From the NCBI GenBank assembly GCA_048937405.1, contig JBHLNF010000007.1, forward strand, positions 32,001 to 96,000: a stretch of 64,000 bases of DNA, read 5' to 3'. How positions within the stretch are numbered: position 1 is the first letter of the stretch; each line of letters opens with the position of its first letter. Below the pieces are notes generated by a model. It saw nothing but the letters and a program-made list of their open reading frames with translations, made no database searches and had not been told where the DNA came from. The position numbers and the translations under genes are program-made. Source of the DNA: Promethearchaeota archaeon (lineage in GTDB: Archaea > Asgardarchaeota > Lokiarchaeia > Sigyniarchaeales > SOKP01). Positions 40,762-49,877 of the stretch are shown here, in pieces.

Positions 40762-41835
40762 TTGAAAATTCTAAATCTCGACCTAAAACTTGGAGAAGTT
40801 ACAGTACAAACTGAAAATCTCTACGATTTATGGTCTCTGTATAATGTTATTGATAAAAATGATGAAGTAAGTGCTTTAACTCAGAGAAGAGTAGTTCTTA
40901 GAGAAGGTACAAAAGGTGAACGAAAACGAATGAGATTAAAATTAAAAGTCGAGGATGTCTCCTTTCATGAATTTTCAAATCGATTGAGAATTAAGGGTAA
41001 AATTCTTGAAGGTCCAGAGGATTTTGTCAGCTTTGGATCATACCATACTTTTAATATCGAAATACCCCAAAAAGTAACAATTATTAAGGAAAATTGGTTA
41101 AATCATGAAATTAATCGACTAAAAGAGACCTCAAGATTCAAATCTAATTTCATAATTTTAGTATGTGCAATTGAAACAGGATTAGCAACATTAGCACTTA
41201 TTACGAATTTTAGTCATAATCGAATTGCTACTATCAAAAAAAACATCCCTGGTAAAAGATATAAACAGACATACCGCAATAAGGCTTTAGAGGAATTTTT
41301 TAATGAAATAAAGAAAGTTATGATTGAAAATATTAAAAATTCAGAAATTGATTTAATTATCTTATGTGGACCAGGTAATACTAAAGATTATTTCAAGAAA
41401 TATTTTCAAAATATTCCTGATTTGGACTTTAGGGGAACAATAGAAACTTGTCATGCAAGTTCTGGGACAGAGAGTGCTATTAGAGAAACTTTAAAATCAA
41501 ATAAGTTAGAAAAGCTAAAAGACAAAATTAAAGTTCTGCAAGAAACTGAGAAAATTGAAAATATTATGGAACAATTTGCAAAGGATGCCGATCTCATAGT
41601 TATTGGAATTGAAGAAGTGTCTGAAGCCTCTGAAAAGGGTGCAATTAAACAATTAATGATAGCAGACATATTAATTAGAGGTTCTTCTAAAAAAGAAAAA
41701 TTAAAAATAGAAGAGATTATAAAAAATGTTGAAAATGGTGGGGGCGAAATTAATATAATGAGTACTGATAATATAACTGGGGAGCAATTAGTAAATCTAG
41801 GTTCAATAATAGGTATTTTACGATATAAACTTTAA
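40762..41835 (+). CDS. pelA: Pelota (Dom34) ribosome rescue factor
   Basis: ENLYDLWSL, RLRIKG, GSYHT, IPGKRY, CGPG, ILRY C-terminus. Confidence 0.95.
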   Translation: MKILNLDLKLGEVTVQTENLYDLWSLYNVIDKNDEVSALTQRRVVLREGTKGERKRMRLKLKVEDVSFHEFSNRLRIKGKILEGPEDFVSFGSYHTFNIEIPQKVTIIKENWLNHEINRLKETSRFKSNFIILVCAIETGLATLALITNFSHNRIATIKKNIPGKRYKQTYRNKALEEFFNEIKKVMIENIKNSEIDLIILCGPGNTKDYFKKYFQNIPDLDFRGTIETCHASSGTESAIRETLKSNKLEKLKDKIKVLQETEKIENIMEQFAKDADLIVIGIEEVSEASEKGAIKQLMIADILIRGSSKKEKLKIEEIIKNVENGGGEINIMSTDNITGEQLVNLGSIIGILRYKL

Positions 41836-41844
41836 TTTAAAAAA

Positions 41845-42879
41845 ATGACCTCTAAAATAATCTATGTGGATGAAAAATCAGAAATACCATTATTTGGAGT
41901 AGATTTCATTGGTGTAATTGATAGGGGTACTAATGTTATTGAAGTGAAACCATTAACTTTATGCAACTTAAATTGTAAGTATTGTTTTGTAAGTGCTGGA
42001 GATTATAATACTGATTTTATTGTAGATCCAAACTTCTTACTTAAGAAAATAAAAGATATTATTAATATAAAAGGAAACCACAATATTGAAATTCATTTTG
42101 CTCCATATGGGGAAATATTGCTATATTCAGGATTATATGATTTATTAAAAGAACTATGGAATATCGAAGGAGTAGAAGTTATCTCCTTACAGACTAATGG
42201 ATTATTACTTAATAAAGAACTAATAAAAAAATTAGAAAAATATAATGTTACAAGAATTAACATTAGCTTAAATTCGCTAAATCAAGAAAAAGCTAAGTTT
42301 TTAAGTAACTGTGAGACATATAACGTAGAGAATCTTTTGAAAAGCATCCTATTGTTATTAAAAACACAAATAGACGTATTAATTGCCCCTGTTTGGTTTC
42401 CAGGCGAAAATGATAGTGATATTGAAGATATTATTAAATTTGTTCTTAATCTAAGAAATAAAGGATTCTCTCAAAAGAAAATTCAAATTGGAATTCAAAA
42501 ATATTTGATTTATAAAACTGGACGTAAATTAAAAAAAATAAGACCAAAAAGTTGGGATTATTTCTACAAACAATTATCCATAATGGAGAAAAAGTTTGGA
42601 ATTAAGTTAAAATTGGGTCCACAAGATTTCGGGATCCATAAACGGAAAATAGGTGCCAGATTGAATATACAGAAAAATGATCGTATCAGATTAAAAATCA
42701 TCTCTATAGGTCGATATGATAGAGAATATATTGGAAAATTAAATGATAATTTTGGTATAAAAGTACTCTTAAATAAGCCAATTCAGCAACCTAAACAACT
42801 TATCGGTAATTATATTGAAACCAAAATTATTAAAGCCAACTATAAAGACAATATTCTAACAGCATCTTTTTCAATATAA
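41845..42879 (+). CDS. Radical SAM protein with C-terminal TRAM-like domain
   Basis: IPLFG...GVIDRGTNVIEV, CNLNCKYC, LQTNG. Confidence 0.88.
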   Translation: MTSKIIYVDEKSEIPLFGVDFIGVIDRGTNVIEVKPLTLCNLNCKYCFVSAGDYNTDFIVDPNFLLKKIKDIINIKGNHNIEIHFAPYGEILLYSGLYDLLKELWNIEGVEVISLQTNGLLLNKELIKKLEKYNVTRINISLNSLNQEKAKFLSNCETYNVENLLKSILLLLKTQIDVLIAPVWFPGENDSDIEDIIKFVLNLRNKGFSQKKIQIGIQKYLIYKTGRKLKKIRPKSWDYFYKQLSIMEKKFGIKLKLGPQDFGIHKRKIGARLNIQKNDRIRLKIISIGRYDREYIGKLNDNFGIKVLLNKPIQQPKQLIGNYIETKIIKANYKDNILTASFSI

Positions 42880-42982
42880 AATTAAATAATAAAAATATTA
42901 TATTGATCAAAATAGGTGTCACATTTTTAATCATAAGCAATGATCCCTCAAGCCCATAAAAATGTGTCTCTAAATCACCATA

Positions 42983-43200
42983 TTGAAAATCGCGTTTCCT
43001 CTTGATTTGGATTGTGGTAAACAATTCACTCTCGATCCTGAAGAACTTAACTATTTAAAGAACCAAGAACACCGAAATGTCTTATTTTTCAACGGTCTTA
43101 TTTTTCATCGAATCAGAAATTATCAAACATTCCAGAAATTGATTACAACAAATTTTACAGTTCTGAAAATGATCAGAAAAAGATGGATAATTATTTATAA
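42983..43200 (+). pseudogene. Decayed Zn-ribbon gene remnant
   Basis: DCGKQFTLDPEELNYLK in one frame continues as PKCLIFQRS...MDNYL-stop in another; no clean start. Confidence 0.4.
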
Positions 43201-43289
43201 CTAGAATCTCTATTATTCTTTTATTAGAATGAAAAATATTATACTATAGATTTTATTCAAATTACATTACAATGGAGATGTAGAAAATT

Positions 43290-43913
43290 ATGAGTCCGAT
43301 AATTACACATCAGGATGAATTAATCTTAGCGAAGACTGAGAAGGAATTAGTCTCCCAATTTAAAAAACTAGCTAAATTACAAAGCACTCTTATAGATTCC
43401 CAGAAAAAGTATGCAGAAAATCTAACTAGAGCAAATATTTTTAGAGATATGCTAAATCGAACTTTTAGAGATGTATTAAAACAAATGGAAACTCTTGCTC
43501 GAGAACATAGATCAAATATTAAGGATGAAGAGGTTAAGTTATATAGAGAAATAATCCAAAAAAATGACGATTTCATAAAAGATAATAATGCATACCTAAA
43601 TGCAATTAAAGATGTTACGATACAAAAAGAATACTTAGTTCAAAAAAAAATAGAATTTGCCGATGCCTTAGCTAGTGTTGCAAGTAGAAGATCAACTGTA
43701 ATTAGAAAAGCTTTGAATGTTGAAAAAGCGAAAAACAAATTAATCGATGGTGATAAATTAAACATTCTCGACCAACAACTTAATGATGTTCAAAGAGATT
43801 TTGATAGAGCACGAGATATATTATTAAAAAAAATATATCAGTTTGTTGAAGTAAGAGATGAGATTAATACCTTGTGGATCAAATTAAAAGATACTATAAC
43901 CGAATTAAGTTAG
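43290..43913 (+). CDS. All-helical BAR-domain-like protein
   Basis: 207 aa, three long amphipathic helices, basic tip VEKAKNKLIDGDKL followed by QQLNDVQRDFDRARDILLKKIYQF; GGAG SD. Confidence 0.6.
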   Translation: MSPIITHQDELILAKTEKELVSQFKKLAKLQSTLIDSQKKYAENLTRANIFRDMLNRTFRDVLKQMETLAREHRSNIKDEEVKLYREIIQKNDDFIKDNNAYLNAIKDVTIQKEYLVQKKIEFADALASVASRRSTVIRKALNVEKAKNKLIDGDKLNILDQQLNDVQRDFDRARDILLKKIYQFVEVRDEINTLWIKLKDTITELS

Positions 43914-44039
43914 AAAAAAAACTTTCCCTATCTTCTATTTTTTTTTAATAAAAAATATTAGGCTTAAACTTAAATTTATTAAATTAAAATCCATTAAATT
44001 AATAGTAAAAATAAAAAATACTTGATATAAAGAATTAAA

Positions 44040-44501
44040 ATGTGTGCCGAAGAATTTGCAAGCTTCTTAGATAGTACTCGAAAAGCGCCATTGGAAGAAA
44101 AACTGAATGCATTTGGCGATATCATTGAAAAAATTATGTCAATTGTTTTACGCATACCAGATTTAGTAGATCAGTCTCTTGGTTCTGTAAATGATAAAGT
44201 ATCAAATTTACAAAATCAAATAAATTCTTTAAATAGCCAAATAACATCTCTACAGTCTAGATCAGGGGTAACTCCAACGGCATCCGCTCCAGCGGCACGT
44301 ACCCCAGGCGGTCCTCCAGGAGGCCCTCCAGGATCTCCACCACCAACACCAGGTGGTCCACCAGGTGGTCCACCAGGCGGTTCAAGAGGACCTGGTGCTC
44401 CACCCGGTCCTAGTCGTCCTGCAAGTCCAGTTTCGCTTAGAGGTGCTATAATGGGAGAACTTAAACAGTTGTTTGCAAAGAGAAAGAGCCAATCTGGCTA
44501 A
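44040..44501 (+). CDS. Coiled-coil + Pro/Gly-rich linker + C-terminal amphipathic helix protein
   Basis: Heptads KVSNLQNQINSLNSQITSL; PGGPPGGPPGSPPP...; SLRGAIMGELKQLFAKRK. Confidence 0.85.
   Translation: MCAEEFASFLDSTRKAPLEEKLNAFGDIIEKIMSIVLRIPDLVDQSLGSVNDKVSNLQNQINSLNSQITSLQSRSGVTPTASAPAARTPGGPPGGPPGSPPPTPGGPPGGPPGGSRGPGAPPGPSRPASPVSLRGAIMGELKQLFAKRKSQSG
44347..44382 (+). repeat. 12-bp coding tandem repeat (CACCAGGTGGTC, about 3 copies) encoding PGGP units
   Basis: Read directly; locally GC-rich. Confidence 0.8.
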
Positions 44502-44697
44502 TCAATATTACCAAACAACAAATTCAATTATTCTTTTTTCTAAGGATAATCAATCTTATGTATGATTACTAAATTAATTAAAAATTTGATTGCAGCTGAT
44601 TTTAATCTAAGATTTTTTGAAATAATTTAATTAAAATTAAAAATTTTCTTAACTTATCATACTAAATTCCAACTTTAAAGTTTAGTGGTTAAGGGAA

Positions 44698-46449
44698 TTG
44701 GAACCAACAAAAGAGAGATCCGTTAAAAGTGCTAATGTTAGAGTCGCCCATGACTTGCAAAGACAGATATTAGAAATGACTTCCTTTTTAAGAGTCATGA
44801 ATAATTACTATAAAAAAAAAATAGAGCTTCAAAATCGAGTAAAACCATTTATTCAAAGAATGTACAAAGGGGAATTAAAAGAAATTAATGAAAATGAATA
44901 TTGGCTTTATACGATACCACTTGCTTTAAATGTGCTGAGTAAAGCTTTTTTAAATAAAGAAGATTCGTTTAAATTTCCTGATAGCATTATTTTATTTGAA
45001 GCATGGATGCATTTAGGTATTAATGCACTGTATCCTCGAATTGCGCTTCAATTTCAATTTCCAGGATTATTTAGAGGTGAAAAAGTAAGGAATATTTTTC
45101 AATTTATTTATTCTACTTCCCGTGGATTTGGCTTTCCAATGAATTTTGGACCAGAATTCTATACTTATAAACCCAAGCTGGCTCGTATTCTGGATCCATT
45201 ATTAAGATGGAGTTACACCGTATGTCATCGAGCTAATCAAGCAATTTTATTAGGAAATAAACTTTTAAAATCTAAAAGACATCATCCAGGTGATTTTGAA
45301 TCAGTTATAATATCCGAATTTACTAATCATATATTTAAAGGAATTGATACAATCTTACATGGATATTTTAAAAATGAAGCAAAAGATTTAGATAAATTTT
45401 CTTCCTTAAACGATCTCCTTTCAAATTCTACTTTTTATTATTCTATTGGAGATCATGCAATGAGAATTGAAAGTGATAATTTAAACAAAGTTTTATCTAT
45501 TCCTTTAGTGACTCATGAATTTATAGTAAAAAAGTATGCGGTTGACTTCAAATTTTACGTTAAAACCCTCTTAGAAGTAAATAAAATGTTAATAAAGAAA
45601 ATAAACTATTACAGAGAACTGAGGAATAATCTTATCAGAAAATTAAATAAGAAAGACAAAGTTAAATTAAGGACTGAACAATCAAAGCATTTTGCGAAAA
45701 AAATTGCTAGAATGTCCCGAAAACTTTCGAAGAAATATCCAATTATTGATATTTATAGCCACAATAAAACATTATTAGAAAAAATTAGGGAACTTTTATT
45801 TACTACACCAATCTATATGCACGCAAGTCAATTTCCTGAAAATTCTCAAACAAATTCTAATAAATTATCTAAAAGTAGAGAAAAAATTGATAGAATTAAA
45901 AATAAATCAGTAGACTCAATTTTATTATTATATATTAAAAAATTTGAAAAGAATCATAATTTTAAATTTGAGGAAGAAGAAGTTTTAGATGAACTGGAGG
46001 GATTACATAATATTATCACTAAAATGTGGATAGCATTTAAAGAAAATCATTTTAGATTTGCAATGAATAAATTAAATGCATTATCAACGCTTGGTATATA
46101 TGAAAAGAATTATAAAATTAAAATTAATGAACTTTTAGATGAACTTCTTCCTATTTTAGCCATTTATGAGATGTTTAACAGACCATTATTTGAATCAGTA
46201 TATCCAGAGTCGATTCCACAAACTAAAAGACTTGGAACATATTTTGCTCGTTTTTTAGCATCAAAATATAACCTTTTTGGTACTAATTTAATGAAAATAA
46301 TCAATAGATTAGCTTTTCATAATTGGAGTTACCTCATAATTAAGAAACAAATGAATAGGAGAGAATTTTTTAACTATCTTCTGAAATTGCCAATCTGGAA
46401 ATATATTCCCTCAAAAATAAAAACACGAATAATTGAACAAAATAATTAA
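44698..46449 (+). CDS. Hypothetical helical protein
   Basis: 583-aa ORF, no motif recognised. Confidence 0.75.
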   Translation: MEPTKERSVKSANVRVAHDLQRQILEMTSFLRVMNNYYKKKIELQNRVKPFIQRMYKGELKEINENEYWLYTIPLALNVLSKAFLNKEDSFKFPDSIILFEAWMHLGINALYPRIALQFQFPGLFRGEKVRNIFQFIYSTSRGFGFPMNFGPEFYTYKPKLARILDPLLRWSYTVCHRANQAILLGNKLLKSKRHHPGDFESVIISEFTNHIFKGIDTILHGYFKNEAKDLDKFSSLNDLLSNSTFYYSIGDHAMRIESDNLNKVLSIPLVTHEFIVKKYAVDFKFYVKTLLEVNKMLIKKINYYRELRNNLIRKLNKKDKVKLRTEQSKHFAKKIARMSRKLSKKYPIIDIYSHNKTLLEKIRELLFTTPIYMHASQFPENSQTNSNKLSKSREKIDRIKNKSVDSILLLYIKKFEKNHNFKFEEEEVLDELEGLHNIITKMWIAFKENHFRFAMNKLNALSTLGIYEKNYKIKINELLDELLPILAIYEMFNRPLFESVYPESIPQTKRLGTYFARFLASKYNLFGTNLMKIINRLAFHNWSYLIIKKQMNRREFFNYLLKLPIWKYIPSKIKTRIIEQNN

Positions 46450-46466
46450 ATACACTTTAATACGTA

Positions 46467-47045
46467 TTAAAATTCCAAAAATCCAGGATCATCAAAAATA
46501 TCATCGATTTTACGCTCTTTTTTTATCTTGGTCTCACTTTCAGCAAATAAGGATTCTTCATCAGTACGAACTCCACGTTCTAATTCTTCGGTATCTAATT
46601 TTAAGATTGTATCCTTTTCTAATTTCTTGTATTCTTCGCCTTTCATTTTCCAGTTATTAACTTCATCTAAATTAACATCTTCTTCTTCTAATAATACAGC
46701 AGCTTTAGTTTTACAAAGATCCGATAAAATAGAATAAGCTAAAGCTAATTCACCCCATTCGTGATCTTCTTTTAATCTTTTTATTCTTTTCTCTAATCTT
46801 TGTAATTCTTGATCAGCATAGTAAATATCAATAAAATCTCCGAATGCATCTACAGGTTCTGAAATTGAATTAACTAATACTTCTTTAGTTAAATCGCAAT
46901 TTCCGCATTTCACCGTAGCAAAAGCACCTTTCTTCTTAATATCAGTTACCTTGACGCTCTTTTCACCACATTCTGGACAGGTAAAGATTTTTGGCACTCG
47001 CTTTACACGTTTAGGAGAAACTTGTTTACGTTTTCTTCTTCCCAT
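46467..47045 (-). CDS. elf1: Transcription elongation factor Elf1 with long acidic C-terminal extension
   Basis: MGRRKRK...PKIFTCPECG...CGNC...EPVDAFGDFID. Confidence 0.9.
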   Translation of the reverse strand: MGRRKRKQVSPKRVKRVPKIFTCPECGEKSVKVTDIKKKGAFATVKCGNCDLTKEVLVNSISEPVDAFGDFIDIYYADQELQRLEKRIKRLKEDHEWGELALAYSILSDLCKTKAAVLLEEEDVNLDEVNNWKMKGEEYKKLEKDTILKLDTEELERGVRTDEESLFAESETKIKKERKIDDIFDDPGFLEF

Positions 47046-47242
47046 TATTATCACTACTAATGTCTAAAAAAATAGATCTTTATTCCATTAGAATATAGAT
47101 AAGGAAAACTAAAATATTTTTGCTTTTATGTTAAAAACTTCGAAGGAATTAGTAAAATTTTTTAGGAATGTTTTATTATTTTACTTACTCTTTTTTACTG
47201 AAATGTTTTAGCAGTTTTAATTATAAGGAGTGGATTTTAGGC

Positions 47243-48343
47243 TTGGAACACAAAAATTTAACATTAGAATTTGATAAAAACTTAATTGATAACATTCTTG
47301 ATAATTTAGACATGAGATATATCATTCTATTTTTGTATATCATTAGAAATGATTTATTTAAAGATTTAACTGACGAGAGTATCAAAGAGTCTTATGAGAG
47401 AGTGTTGATATTAGATGAAATATTTAAAAACAATGTTGTAAATTTTTGGGATAAAGAATTTATTGAAAATTATATTGATTTAGGTTTAATTAAAAACATT
47501 CGAAGTATGAGAGAGTTTCAACAAAAGGATAATGATTTTCTTCTAAAATTAGGAGAAGAAACCATAACTATAGAAAATGATACAATTTCAGTACCAGATG
47601 ACACACTTTTTTTAATAATAAATAAAAAATTTAAATCCTTAACAAGAAGGAATTTTAATTTAGCACTCACTAGATTAAAAGGTGTTCGATGTGAGAAAAG
47701 TAGTATAATTCATCCATTAATTTTCGAAATTGGTGAGCATGATTATACATTATCTAATGATTTATACAACATATTAGATCAATATGGAAATATTTATCAA
47801 ACAATTAAAATTGAAGTCACAATTGAAGGATTTTATCAAAGGTTTAATGAGATCCAAGAGAAAATTAATAAATTCATTAAAATTTATGACCCTATATTAA
47901 ATACGATACCATTAAAGAAAAAGATTGCGAAGGCGATGGAAGAAAATAAAGATATTATTCAATACCTTAAGGATGAGAAATTAGAACTCCCAGAAAAGTT
48001 TAATTTTGAGAAATTAGATAAGGATAATAAGATATTTCAAACATGGAATTCTCAATTAATATCATTACTGACAATTAGAAACAAAATTGAACAATTAGAA
48101 AAGGAAATAATAGAATTGAAAAATATTTATTCAGGTACAAGCAAAAAATATAGATATTTAGAGTTCATTGAAAAAGTATCTTTTAATGAAGATGAAATTG
48201 TTGATAATATTCAAAATTCATTGATAGAACATCGAAAAGAATTAGTAGCAATAAATGAAGAAATTTCTGAAATAACTGAAAAGGAAATAAAGTTATTAAA
48301 TTTAGATTATGAAAGATTTCTAGTAATGAGTAGTGAGGAATAA
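47243..48343 (+). CDS. wHTH + helical bundle/coiled-coil protein (first gene of SMC-like operon)
   Basis: AAGGAG upstream of TTG 47243; LTRRNFNLALTRLKG...DYTLS wHTH-like; coiled-coil C-half. Confidence 0.7.
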   Translation: MEHKNLTLEFDKNLIDNILDNLDMRYIILFLYIIRNDLFKDLTDESIKESYERVLILDEIFKNNVVNFWDKEFIENYIDLGLIKNIRSMREFQQKDNDFLLKLGEETITIENDTISVPDDTLFLIINKKFKSLTRRNFNLALTRLKGVRCEKSSIIHPLIFEIGEHDYTLSNDLYNILDQYGNIYQTIKIEVTIEGFYQRFNEIQEKINKFIKIYDPILNTIPLKKKIAKAMEENKDIIQYLKDEKLELPEKFNFEKLDKDNKIFQTWNSQLISLLTIRNKIEQLEKEIIELKNIYSGTSKKYRYLEFIEKVSFNEDEIVDNIQNSLIEHRKELVAINEEISEITEKEIKLLNLDYERFLVMSSEE

Positions 48344-48345
48344 AA

Positions 48346-48540
48346 ATGAAATGCCCCGCATGTGATATACAAATGCAACTTTTAGTAGAAGGTATTTTCC
48401 AGTGCCCCCAATGCAAAAAAATAATTAAGCAAAAGGATTAGAAGGCAGAAGCAAAGGAGAAAAAAGCAACTGAAGAGGGTGTTTTTCAAGATGACGAATA
48501 TTTTCATAAAAAAGCGAGTTTGAATAATAAATATAAAATT
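48346..48540 (+). pseudogene. Truncated copy of the 5' 195 bp of gene 53343-54308
   Basis: 169/195 identical by my count; TAG at 48439-48441; starts 2 nt after the upstream stop. Confidence 0.92.
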
Positions 48541-48643
48541 AAAATCTCTCGACCAGCCCTTAAACCTTCAGAAGTTCGTTCGAAAAACAGATTATTTTAA
48601 AGCTTTTAATCAATTTTTTTTCTATAAAAAATAGTTATTATCA

Positions 48644-49789
48644 TCAATTAATCAAAAATTGGAAATTCTTTTTATTATATCCATTTATCACAGTACCAGG
48701 AGATATATTTTCAAATGGCAAGATATTAGTATTTTCTCCAATAATACTATTAACTATTATAGCATGATCCCCAATTACTGCCCCATCTAAAACTATTGAA
48801 TTCATTATTTTAACTTCTTTACCTATGAAAACATCATTTCCTATAATTGAACTACTAATAATGCAATAATCACATAATTTAGAATTATTTCCAATTAAAA
48901 TTGGAATATTCATTTTAATAGATGATCCTAAATTTAAATCCTTTCCAATCCATAGTTGATCTCTTATTAATGAATAATGAATATCAAAATCAATCTTCTT
49001 TTTTATAATATCCATTTGAATATTGTAATAATTTGATATTGTTCCAATATCGTATCGATATCCATTTTCAATATTGAAACCATAACATGGAATATTTCTA
49101 TTTAATATTTGAGGAAATACGTCTAGAGCAAAATCAATCCCATCCATATCTGAAATAAAATCTGTTATCCTTTTGTCAAGGAGATATACAGCAGCATTAG
49201 CCACAGGACTTTTAAATAATTTTATATTTGATAATAATGGTTTTTCTTCTATTCTAATCACCTGATTGCTCTCTGCTATATCCAATACACCATAATTTGT
49301 TCTTGGTCCTTGATTAGGTAATTTCATGTTTTTATCATGGTATTCATATTGAAAGTGTTCAAAATTTGGTTGATGATACAAAATTGTACAAAAAGATTTT
49401 TTTTCTTTATGAAATTCAATCATTTTGTTATAATCTACTTTTAATAGACTATCACCGTATATAACTATGAAAGGATCACTAATAGTATTTTCTATACTTG
49501 TTATAATTGATTTTACAATACTTGCGGTTCCAAACACTCCTATGTTAGTAAAATATTCCATTTTGATATCAATTTCTTTTTTGTTAGAAAAATAATTTTT
49601 GACTTCTCCATTAAATCCCTCTGAAGTACAGATAAAATTAGAAAATCCATTAGACTTTAATTCACGTATTAAATAAAATAAAAGTGGTTTTCCTAAGAAA
49701 GAAATCATACATTTATTTTTATTTAATGATAGAGGATTCATTCTTAATGCAGGTCCTCCTATTAGAATAATTATGGATATGTCTTTCAT
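48644..49789 (-). CDS. Sugar-phosphate nucleotidyltransferase with C-terminal left-handed beta helix
   Basis: GGPALRMNPLS..KNKCM, GTAS, YGDSL, YGV, IEEKP, DIGT, hexapeptide repeats. Confidence 0.88.
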   Translation of the reverse strand: MKDISIIILIGGPALRMNPLSLNKNKCMISFLGKPLLFYLIRELKSNGFSNFICTSEGFNGEVKNYFSNKKEIDIKMEYFTNIGVFGTASIVKSIITSIENTISDPFIVIYGDSLLKVDYNKMIEFHKEKKSFCTILYHQPNFEHFQYEYHDKNMKLPNQGPRTNYGVLDIAESNQVIRIEEKPLLSNIKLFKSPVANAAVYLLDKRITDFISDMDGIDFALDVFPQILNRNIPCYGFNIENGYRYDIGTISNYYNIQMDIIKKKIDFDIHYSLIRDQLWIGKDLNLGSSIKMNIPILIGNNSKLCDYCIISSSIIGNDVFIGKEVKIMNSIVLDGAVIGDHAIIVNSIIGENTNILPFENISPGTVINGYNKKNFQFLIN

Positions 49790-49877
49790 AAGAATATAGC
49801 TATTTATCTCGTATAAATTAAATCTATTTTTTTATTTAAATTTGTAATTATTATGGAATTTCACTCCTTTTTTATAT

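Noticed and set aside
48439-48441. In-frame TAG as pyrrolysine or readthrough codon
   Set aside because: Homology to the intact gene ends at 48540 and other damaging changes are present; pseudogene is simpler.
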